A stretch of 20,000 nucleotides of DNA from Paramecium tetraurelia. Lineage: Eukaryota. The notes under the pieces are model-generated. The model was not told the DNA's origin, ran no database searches, and worked only from the letters and a program-made list of their open reading frames with translations. The stretch lies in assembly GCA_000165425.1 (NCBI GenBank), contig CT867995.1, positions 123,587-143,586 on the forward strand, read 5' to 3'. Position numbers and translations under genes: made by a program. Of this stretch, positions 1 to 10,415 are shown piece by piece (positions within the stretch are counted from its first letter, which is position 1; each line of letters starts with the position of its first letter).

Positions 1-143
1 CCAAAAAACAATAACCACACCCATTCAAACAGATAGAACATCCCATTGTACTCGTACAAGCCTATCATTAATAAGCTCATGGCCAAAAAGCTCTTAATAA
101 ATAAATTTCAATACATGACACCATATAAGAGTAAAAAAAACAT
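1..143 (-). CDS. 5' end of a probable gene running off the left edge (hydrophobic, signal/TM-like N-terminus); structure uncertain
   Basis: ATG at 143 gives MFFLLLYGV. An in-frame TGA lies inside an intron-like segment GTATTG...AAGAG (114-91). Removing 24 nt gives MFFLLLYGVIFLAMSLLMIGLYEYNGMFYLFEWVWLLFF. Another frame reads CTSTMGCSICLNGCGYCF, so the true frame is unresolved. Confidence 0.35.
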
Positions 144-202
144 TTCTTTTTTTATTATTTATAATCCCATAAATATATTAATAAAATATTCAAAAATTAA
201 AC

Positions 203-2662
203 TCAAGAAAACAAAAATAATAATTATGGAATGAGATATTAATCTGTAGCCTCTATAATCCATATGTTTTTCTCTACCATCACCACTTTTATGTACTCAT
301 TATTCCCATACGCAGCCCCTATTTAGTACCAATCCATTACCATAATAGTCATTCACCACTGCAAATCGAAGTTTCTTTAACGTTTCCAACCCAACCTACA
401 ATCTAAAAGGCTGGCTTTTATGAAACTGAGCATCCTTCACCTTAAGCTGCATAATCTCTGGCCTCAAATCAAAAAAATCTATAAAATTAAACTGGTTTGT
501 TGGTAACAACACATTGAAGAACATATTCTCAATCTGTATCTTACAAATTATTGGATCTTTGCATTCATCAACCATTATTAAGTACTGCAATTCTCTTTCC
601 AGAACCTTTCTATTGTCCTATTTTATCCAAAATTTCGTTGCTGATTGTAATAAATTCATAATTACATCTATCCCCTTGAAACTTGATGTTAATGGGCCAA
701 TTCTGCTCTGTCTTATTGAAAATAAACAATGATATTTTTAGATAATTTTTACCATTTAAGACTTGATACTAAAACCCAAATGTACAATACACTCTAATTA
801 ATTCGTTCTCAAATAAATTGCCCTACCCCGATAAGCAAGTATTCTTCCAAATATCAATCATTTGTAGTGAATATCCAGATCTACTTAATTTTTGGTACAG
901 GTCAAGTGATTGAGAATTCAATTAATAGCCTGAAGAATCATTTTGTTTTTGTTAGTATTTTTACTGCTCAGAATTTCTAATCTCTTTGAATTACACTTAA
1001 CTTGACCCCTTATTCGTCTAATCTTATTCCTAATCAGTTCCATTTCCAAAAGTTAATTTCATTCCGTTTGGTTTCTAATTGAACTAATCCTAATACTATT
1101 CTATATTATTTGAACTCCCTTCCAATTTTGTAGGTGATTAGTAATAATCTTAAGAAAAATAATTTTAATGTTATTTTGGAATATTTTGCTCAAATTGCTA
1201 ATAATCAGTTTCTAATTAATGAGGGTTATTTTGTTTTATTGGTTTAAATGAGTTTTGTTAGGGTTGTTCCTAAAAGTATTAATAATCCTATTTTTATTAT
1301 TATTAATTCAATTGAAATTGTTAGTCATATTGCTATTATTGAAATTAATTTTACTGATTGAAGGTATCATATTCATTATATTAATTATGTTATGGCTATG
1401 AAGTGCCTTTCAATTTATCAACTTATTTAGAATTATCTTACATAATTTATTATTCATGTTATCTTTATAAATCCGACTAGGCTTGATAATTAATTTGAGA
1501 TACAACTTGTTATTTGACCTGAATTTAAGTGTGATCGTTCAATCTGGCAACATCTTGAGTGTCATCTTGACCAATTTATCTGGTAGAGGAAAGAGGTTAT
1601 ATCTTTGATTTTTGATAGGCATCAGAAGGAGTGTAATTTTTTTTTGTAATTTTGCTAGCCTCTGTTAAAACTGCATGTTGAAATTCCAAGAATCCATTCT
1701 TAGTTTTGTTTCTTTCAAAATGATTAAACTTCAAATTAAAAATCTTTATGAAGTTGCACAATATTTCAATCTAGTCTCTTTGTTATTGAGTCAATTAGTC
1801 GGATAATTCATATTCCAATTATTGTAATTTGGCATCACTCTCTTTAAAAGTATCACAATAGAACTGCAACACTAAAATCATATTTTTATGTACTGTCTTT
1901 TGCACCATCTGGATTACAATTTTAATCGTAAAGCATATCCCAAATAGTTTCAATTTAATCAGTCATTTCGAGTTACAATTCCTCCAATTATTTGATGCCA
2001 CTTTGCCTACTCGGTTCTATCTACTATACTTGATTCCTTTTAACAGGTTAGCTCTCTTCAGCAGCCTCTTCAATTTCATTAACATTCGCTGTTAATTCTA
2101 GGTTATGTTTAGGAAAGATAATTCCTTATTGAATCAATCTGTCATACAGTATTTTAAACTTAGTAGGTTTGTTGCTTGAAGTGGCAGGATATTTTTCAGC
2201 CAAGCATTTGATTAGTTCCAATATCAAATTGAAGTATTTAATAGCAATTTATGGAACTAACAAGTTAATAGCAATGTCAATTACTATCATTTTCAAATCT
2301 ATAAATGCCTTTGTATTCATCATCAGAACCAGGTTGAAACATGACTACCTCCTATAAATAATTCAAAAGGGAGTTATTGTTAGCTAATTTATTTGTCACA
2401 GAACCAATTGGATTTGTATAAACTGCATCTCTAATTATCTACGATTTTATATGCACTAAACCATACCATTAACAGAAGATATTTCTTCAATAGGCTTTCA
2501 TTGCTTCGAAATGTTTCATCAGCAAATTAAATGAGAGTATTAGCAAGATCACTTTAAAATTTTAGAATATCTTTACTTCTCTTTTCTCAATTTATCCAAT
2601 ACTTTATTCAGATTAAACTAAAATTCCTAGAGACTTGAGATACAAATTTTGATTTATTCCAT
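203..2662 (-). CDS. VHS-like domain + helical region + Gln-rich linker + alpha-adaptin appendage (ear)-like C-terminus; putative monomeric trafficking adaptor, ~769 aa, 6 introns
   Basis: Code-6 frame is continuous after removing GT..AG introns of 25, 28, 28, 22, 25 and 22 nt (2310 nt = 770 codons). The N-terminal domain ends LILELIKCLAEKYP...KFKILYDRLIQQGIIFP, like the end of a VHS domain. The C-terminal WKNTCLSGQGNLFENELIRVYC...KISLFIFNKT resembles AP-2 alpha ear FVCKNNGVLFENQLLQIG...GRMFIFYGNKT. Confidence 0.8.
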
Positions 2663-2708
2663 TGAAACTTATTATATATATAATATTATTCTGTTATGAA
2701 AATATTTA

Positions 2709-3547
2709 TCAATTATGTCTGTTAAATAGATTATCCTTGATGAGTTCTGTCATCTTCAAAAATAACAATACAATATCCCAATATATAGTTACACTACCAC
2801 TCACATCATCTGCTGTATTGATATCATAAGAATCTTCAGAACTATAAAATAAACGCCATATAATTACTTCAAATTAGAATATGTATCATAAAGCAACATA
2901 AATGCAAACAAAAATGAGGACAAAGAGATGACCATGATCCAAAATAGTGAAATTTGGCTAAAGATTGTAAACATCTCAAATACAATCAATATCCCCGCAG
3001 ATACAAAAAGGACTGCTCCGGAATAGGTAATCTTTCTCCTTACAGTCGATGAATACAAAAACAAAAAGAATATTAAACCTATCATTATGATATATTCATA
3101 CTTGCAAAATTCACGAAAATTAATAATCCAACTTATGAGTTACCAAATGCCACTAGACAACCACACACTGAAGCCAAAGATAGAGTAAATAATAAGAACA
3201 CTAACCAATTTGTTGGGGTAGTCTTGATGTGATTCCTGTAAATAAAGGCTAGTATTGATATTCCTATGCAAATCCCTAAGCTTAACCAAAATATCCATTT
3301 GGTATTTTCTAAGAAGTGATCTAGATCTGGCAAAGCATGCACTATCCACACATAAATGCCTAGTCTATTGTCTACAAATACAAACAATAACTAATTGCAG
3401 GAATAACTTAGAAAATAGGTTTCTGGCATAGATTATTCTGCCATTAAATGAATTGTCAAAGCCATTCGATACTTCTGTGGCCTATCCTTATTTACTCCGA
3501 TTAGTAAGACGAGGATCTCCTGACCTAATGGAACTTTCAAATAACAT
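2709..3547 (-). CDS. TMBIM / Bax inhibitor-1 (Lifeguard-like) multi-pass membrane protein, ~255 aa, 3 introns
   Basis: Introns of 22, 23 and 26 nt give 256 codons. Motifs RIIYARNLFSKLFLQL, PTNWLVFLLFTL, LLYDT and TIYWDIVLLFL are present, with both conserved Asp residues retained, plus multiple hydrophobic segments. Confidence 0.88.
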
Positions 3548-3571
3548 AATAATTTTAACAATAAATTATTA

Positions 3572-5341
3572 TCAGACTCTTTCATAAAATAAAATATAAG
3601 CTTGATTGCTGAGAGCCTATTTAAGAGAGACCTCTTTGAAGTTGCTATCACTAAAATAGAACCAATGATCCTGATTGTTTTCTTTGTGCTTCACATAAGA
3701 TATATAATGTCCGCCTGTCATTGTACCTTGATGAACGACCACCCCGTACAATTGATATGGATACTTCTAAGCCTTTATTTCTTCAACAGTTTGACTTGGT
3801 TCTCCCTTTAAAATAGTATAGTCCTCCAGATAGATGGTTTCTGGAATATCAACTTACTCCGAGACCTTCTCAAATCTACCCGCTGATTTCTATTGGAATC
3901 TCTTCAAAATGATTGTGGCCACTTAAGGTAAATCGTATAAGAAGAACTTTCTTAAGGCTCTCCCTGACTTCTTCCCTTGCTTTGCACACTACTCACACTT
4001 AAAGAAATTGTTCTTTTAGTTCAATTCCTCATATTCAGTAAAAGCATCCAGACAATCAACAACGCTTAGATTATATTATTTTTATTGATCGACTTTTGGT
4101 GGGTTATTGTTTTTTTGAACCAAAATTGAGTTATGCAAATAGGGAACAATGACATCCTTTAATTCTTCACTGGTGATCTCTTAGTATTCCTCTTGAAACC
4201 TCTAATTAATTAGACCCTTAGGTTTTCTAATTTGAACAGTATAGTCAAGACAGAAATCAAATGTCCTACTGATGAATCCACAATCCAAGCATTCCACTAA
4301 TAATAATGAGTTGAGTTCTTACAATAATTGCACAAATAACTTCCGAATATATTCTCAACAATTGTCCTCTTGGGCTTACCATTTGTTTTGGTTTTATTGA
4401 TTCTCCCTATATGAGTGTTTTCCTCTCCTGTTGACAAAGCATCCAATAAACACCTAAGCAATTCAGATGCATCCTATTAAGCCATAGATCTGAATCTCCC
4501 CTAACTTTGGATAATTATAATAATTTTACACTGCCTATATCGATTTGAATAAATCCACAGGGTCCACTAATCCCTTACTCTTCCTGCTATTTAACAAGAA
4601 ATTCTAATATATCTAATTAATAGATAATTTTGAACTCTTGGGTCTCACTTATTGTTTAATTTATTTATTGTTCTCAACTGTAGTCCAATCATCATCCTCG
4701 TCATTGTCTACATTTTAACTATAAGAAGAGAAGTTAAACTTCTTATGGTCCAAATAGAATGAATTCAAACTCTCTGTTGCATTTAAACATTACATAACAG
4801 AGTTGAAAAAGCAAGTGTTCCCCAAATTCCTCAATCCAAACACTTACTTGGGTGTGTAGTTTAATGGTTAGGTGGCTTACTGTTTAATTTCTTGACTCAG
4901 AGTTTAGGGTTATGATTATTATTATTAGACTTGCTAGAATTATTAAATTGTTTGAGTTGGTTTGTTTTACTTAATTTTTTTGAACAGGAGATTTTTCATG
5001 TTATCAATAAATTTAGAGATTTTCTCTTTCTACCCCTTGTTGTCAGTTTCCTCCTATATTGTTTCTAAATCATTATCACAAACATAACACCAAATAGCGA
5101 ATGAATTGATGGATATAGAAAGTGGATGATTAGTTTATTGATTGTGTTTAAATGAACATTGGTTATCACTATTCCTGCTGCATCCAAAAAATCCGCATTC
5201 TATGCACAACCATTTTTCGATATCGCTCTCACATTATTACCTCTTAGCATTATCACAATATGTAAAATTAGTCTTGATTAAATTCCCAATTTATTCAAGC
5301 CTGTACTTTGAAAAATGGGAACATGAACCTGATTTTTACAT
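3572..5341 (-). CDS. Ubiquitin-specific protease (peptidase C19) with N-terminal zf-UBP, USP16/USP45-like, ~572 aa, 2 introns
   Basis: zf-UBP WLCIECGFFGCSRNSDNQCSFKH...HPLSISINSFAIWCYVCDN; Cys box GLRNLGNTCFFNSVMQCL; QQDASELLRCLLD; His box YQLYGVVVHQGTMTGGHYISYVK; WFYFSDS; AYILFYER-stop. Introns of 25 and 26 nt give 573 codons. Confidence 0.93.
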
Positions 5342-5640
5342 GAATTAAATAATTAATTAAAGAATTTGAGCCTCTATAATATAATTAAATACAATTATCA
5401 ATCAATATATAATTGGTTATTTAAAATCATAATGGAAGCCAATCTTTCTTGGCATTTCTTAACAACGTTTGAACTCCATTCATTAATCAGATTATCTAGT
5501 ATAAAACTATAGTTATATATTCGCTTTCTTTCGTAATCCAATCATAATCATTGTATTAAAATATATTGAATTGTGAATATGAAGTTCATAATAATATTTG
5601 TTTATAGAAATAATTAATTTAATATATTAAAATATTAAAA

Positions 5641-6033
5641 ATGAGTTCAATGGAACCTTATCGTGAAGAATTTCTAGAAGAATTGGATAAAATCAGACAG
5701 CAATACAGTTTTGGACAATCTCAATAGATGTCTTAGAGTCAATAGAAGAAGGTGAACTTGCAATTCAAAGTTACCGATACGAATGATATTTGGAATAATA
5801 GTAAATATTCTGATGTATTTTGTGTCTAATGATTTTAGAATAAATGGAGAGGGAACCTAACAACCACATTCTATAATAAGGAGCACAATGCTAGTCATTA
5901 TGAGGTGAACTCACTTTTGAATCCGGAAGTTACGAGAAAGAATTTCAATATGAGAGCTACTCAGATATCTGAATATTCAAATGCGAAACATAACAATACA
6001 GTGTTTGTGAATCCCAAGTTTACAAGTTGCTGA
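5641..6033 (+). CDS. Hypothetical protein, ~122 aa, 1 intron
   Basis: ATG follows an AT-rich stretch. MSSMEPYREEFLEELDKIRQQY..., then a 24-nt intron at 5815-5838 containing an in-frame TGA, then ...VFVNPKFTSC-TGA. Confidence 0.75.
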
Positions 6034-6060
6034 TTTTATTATATATATCACATTATGAAA

Positions 6061-7345
6061 TCAAGACTCAACCTTATTGACAATTTCAACCGTATCCCCT
6101 GGACTGCACAGGTTGGCACACGGATACAAATCTAGGTTGGTATCCAAGTTCATAGACTAAATAATAGAATGTTAACTCTCTTACAAACTTCAATTCAGTC
6201 TTCTTCTTCCACCAAGTAATTTTCTTCTTGGGGATGTCAACCTCAATAACAATAATGTCCCCTACTCCAAAATCGAAGGACTTGTGTGCTGAATTCAAGT
6301 CTTTCTGCAAGTGAGACCAAGAGTAGGCATTGTTGGATATCAAGTACGATCTGCATATTAATAATAAAGGTGTACCCATGACCTATATTAGTGTAGTTGA
6401 ATTTGTAATTAGCACTCGCAATGATGTCTCTGTGACAAACCCCCACTCCAATCCATCCTGCATATTTGATGATCTTGAATCCAAATTTGTAAACCCCATT
6501 TTTGGGTACACAGGGTTCACAAATGATGAATCGTTATCCATTGGATTCGGAAGTCTTTTGTTCAGCAATCATGTTTTGGCCACTCAAACCAATATTAGCT
6601 CCTTTGAATTTTTATGAGAATTGAAAAGCAAGCGATTGCACCACTTCTGTAGCAGTAACAGGTTGAGCTCTGAAAATGTTGCTCAGAATTCCGACTTTAG
6701 TATCGATATCGATTTAAATGTCTTGCAATTAATCATTGAGCTGAGTAATCTGCGACTTACAAGCAACCATAATTGCTGAATTTATACTTTGTCTTGTGGC
6801 GATGCCATTTCCAAAGGAATATTACTCTAAAATTTATCTAGTGATGATTATTTGAAACTTACTAGATATTCTTTTTGTATTCTGGCAATTCCGAAGGGAT
6901 GTTGAGAGAATCAAGCAGGAAATGAATAGGAGTCTTGGAAAGTGAAAAATTCCGTAGTTGATTTTTTAGATCAAGATAATAGGTTTCCACTCTCTTCGAC
7001 AACTGCTTTGTAATGTTTTGCATTTATTCATTGAATCGATTCACCTATCAATTTATAACTTTGTTTTACTATTCGAACACATTCATTATAGGATTTATCC
7101 AAGAAAATGGAAGCATCCATCACGCTCTATTGAGTGGCATCGGAGTTGTTGTTGGCAGCCTCGTCTACTTGCTAGAGCATAAGTTTGATGGGCAAGGTGT
7201 TATGAGATTGATGATCAGCATGTTCACAAAGAGCTAGGAGATCACAAGCATTCTTACGGCAAATTAATGGGTTGGCACAAGATTTTTCGGTGCAGACAAG
7301 TGATAGAAAATGTCCATTGTGAAGAGGGCAAGCGAAATAATTCAT
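6061..7345 (-). CDS. B-box zinc finger + coiled coil + SPRY/B30.2 domain protein (RING-less TRIM-like), ~385 aa, 5 introns
   Basis: N-terminal CPLH-x7-CTEKSC-x4-CPLC-x4-HQSH after splicing. C-terminal FGFKIIKYAGWIGVGVC...FGVGDIIVIEVD...LYPCANLCSPGDTVEI. Introns of 24, 25, 25, 25 and 28 nt give 386 codons. Confidence 0.85.
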
Positions 7346-7358
7346 ATATTTATATAAA

Positions 7359-8319
7359 ATGAATTAATTGTATAAGCTAACACCTCAAGAGTTGGCAACA
7401 AGAAAAGATATCGTTGTGCTCAGCGATAAGGGGTTGCGATTCAGGGAAGAGATTAAATCTTAGGATCAATTTGATTTGGATGATTTTCATTTGCCTCAAA
7501 GTAATTCTGCCATTTTACAATCAAGTCAATCAGTAAAAAGATAAACCATATACAAGAAGGTAAGTGCTCTAAGGAGAGAAACCAGTTGAATTGCTTGTCG
7601 CTGATTTGAAGAAAGAATTGAACATCAGTAGACCATATATGGAGAAGGCCCTGGAGAAAATGACAGTCAAGATAACCTCAGAAAAACCGTCTGCAGCCAT
7701 AAACAACAAGTTACAAAAACTATATCAAGAATTAGACAAACATACCCGCTTGTTGGAAGCAAAGAAGGTGAAGTTTCAAAAGAAACCTATCGAATAATAG
7801 AAGTAGGATCAAACTTCGATTTTGGAAGAATCAGAATTCCAAGACAAAGTGGCATCTCTTAATGCATTGGAAGCCAGAATTTGGAGAATGCAACAGAACT
7901 ATTAAAATGAAATCAGAATCAGGGAAGATACCTTGAAAGTAGCTATTACTATCTTACTTCTAGAAAGTTAAGCAAAACCTAAACGTGATGAGAATTTAAA
8001 AGGAAACTGAAATCGAATCGGTTCCAGTCCCTGTTTAGGTGGAGTAACTTTAACAATCTCAATATCTGGACAGGAAATAAGTCAGACTGAAGGACTATTA
8101 GAAATATAAATTTGAAGTAATCAATAGCAATATTCATAGAAAGGGTGGAATAGACAACCTCCTCCATCCTATACTTCTAAGTAAGTTCTAATCGAAGAGG
8201 AAAGAAAGAAACAACTTCAATTAATAAAAGAACAATAGGAGTATGAGTAAGAGTTGTTGAGAAGAAATGGACATTCAAACATCCACAATACAGCCAATCA
8301 GGAGACTCATGAATAATGA
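7359..8319 (+). CDS. Hypothetical coiled-coil protein, ~295 aa, 3 introns
   Basis: ATG at 7359. Introns of 25 (7501-7525), 25 and 23 nt give 296 codons with K/E/Q-rich helical composition. If the last intron is retained, the protein ends earlier, near 8260. Confidence 0.72.
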
Positions 8320-8335
8320 ATTAAATATCTATTTA

Positions 8336-10248
8336 TCAATTAAATCCATAATTACTCAATCTCTATTTCAATTACTATTGTTTTGTGGGACAATTTACAT
8401 ATCTGGATGACGACACAGATCTCTTAAAAGGAGTGTAAGGTGAAAAAGGCCTTTGTGAAATCTAAGATTTGTCTAAGGATTTATCTTAACTTCGTGGTTT
8501 TCGATCAGATACGAATGATTTTCTACATTCAATCTCCTGTCTTAATTAAGACTATCTAGGCTATTGAAATTTTCGAATAAAGGTTTTTCTCTTTTTTACT
8601 TCTTCTTCACTACTCTCACTTTCTAACAACTCATCCTCATCCTACACTTGATGTTCTTCTTCATCCTTTTGTATTTGTTATAGCAAACTAGTATATGGAT
8701 TTATTCTCTTCTTCTTACGGTTCTTTATTCTATCCTTCTAATATTCTATATATTTGATTTCTTTTTCAAGTAAAATCTGAACTTACTTTCCCAATTCTTG
8801 TCCCAGTTGATGAAAATCAGGAATGCCAAACTCTTTAGTTATTTATTGAGATCCCAAGTAATATAATCCATTTGAACATTCAACTGTAAAACAATTGACT
8901 ATCTTAAACTCTGAATTCAATATGGCTCTCGCTGTATTTCTCTTATTAGGTTACACTCTCCAAATACCACTCCAATACCTAAAGACCTCTGTTGCCTCAG
9001 ACATCAATTTAGCCAACACTCGACACTTTAGGTAGTTTAAACTGAAAATTGGATATTCTGGTCCATAAATGAATAGGTTTTTTTTGAGGGAATGTCCATG
9101 CATGTCCATATACACAAATGGAGGACTCTTCATGGTCTCTATCAACTTTTTGATTTAATAAATCTAAGGAGTAGTATTCTAATCAGGGTTGGAAAACTGG
9201 CGATTCAGATCCATTCCTTGTAGACAAGTTCTAAAATTGCCAGCAATCACTCCATCAGGATTGAGCATTGGGATTGCTATAACTTATGAACTCTTGATAT
9301 GGATATGGTTATTTACTTCTATAAGAGTTACTGACCATCTGGAGAGATGAGATACTTCAAAAAACCTTCCATCATATGAGAACTATTTGATTCTCCTGGA
9401 TGAACACGAGCAGTTACTATTATTGTTCTTCTCTTCGCCTCACCAAACTGGAGCATCGGAATGTCTACTCCTGCAGGTGTTCTAGTAAAAATGCTAAATC
9501 CCAATGGCTATATAAATTGCATCATCTAAGAATAGGTATAGGGCACTCCATATGCTACATAAATTTTCTACCCTTTCACAAGAGTCAAATCAAAACTCAG
9601 TCTTGACGATCGTTGATTCTTCTGATCAAAGACTATGTTATCACCGCCTTACTTCCAGACCCCATTGATTCCTATATAAGGTCTCATGCCTCTTTAATAA
9701 AGGCTGCGATGTTTGCTGAAATTGCAAATATTTATCTTTATTGTCTGTGTTCTCTCCGAAACCATGCTGAAATGATACCAACTATGACTGCTACGCGAGT
9801 TTGAATCACATCTCATATAGCAATTATACTCGTTTGGACGAACTTAGAATGCGAAATCCAAGTTCCCTGACTCGAAATCAGAATCAAACTATATAAAGTG
9901 TTTTTGTGCTTATGGTCTATTGATAAATAGTCTTAGCTAGCGCTATTTTTTTTGAATTGCCTCCATCATGTCTGTTTAATTCTTAGTCGGTTGGTCTTCA
10001 ATAGATGGTAACACTTACAATTTGTCAAATATTTCTAGCACATCTCCATGGAATCCACGTATCTCGGTCCCACATACACGAGCTAATCTCTTTACACTGA
10101 CCACAACACGTCGTCATTCATTTCAAATTTCAGTCTTATAGGGTATTGTATGTTGGGCATCCATCTAAAGGTCAAATAGATAATACCCGTTAAGCATGTC
10201 CATTTCAAGGGAAAGCTCTTTTAAAATTGGAAGTGATTCAGGTAGCAT
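8336..10248 (-). CDS. Cytosolic carboxypeptidase (CCP/AGBL/Nna1, peptidase M14D; tubulin deglutamylase family), ~613 aa; start codon uncertain
   Basis: Motifs [58 protein letters not shown] and FTVECS. Introns of 22, 23 and 26 nt give 614 codons. An acidic/basic low-complexity tail follows. Confidence 0.92.
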
Positions 10249-10415
10249 CGTTATTAATTAATATGCTAATCTCAAAAGCAATCATAAGAAAGTGAAAACT
10301 CGCATTAAAACTGGTGACAAAGAATGCATTACATCCACATTATTATATCCTTTTTGGACTCTACCACTATACCATACGATAAATGCGTATTATAATAAAA
10401 TATGTAAAATTGCCA

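Noticed and set aside
900..1450. TAA/TTA-rich runs as a microsatellite or non-coding DNA
   Set aside because: They are Gln codons in the open minus-strand frame of the adaptor-like gene's linker.
10320..10387. tRNA gene (Gly/Asp-like D-arm and A-box on the minus strand)
   Set aside because: No GTTCRA T-loop and no convincing anticodon stem or cloverleaf. Kept only as an unexplained segment.
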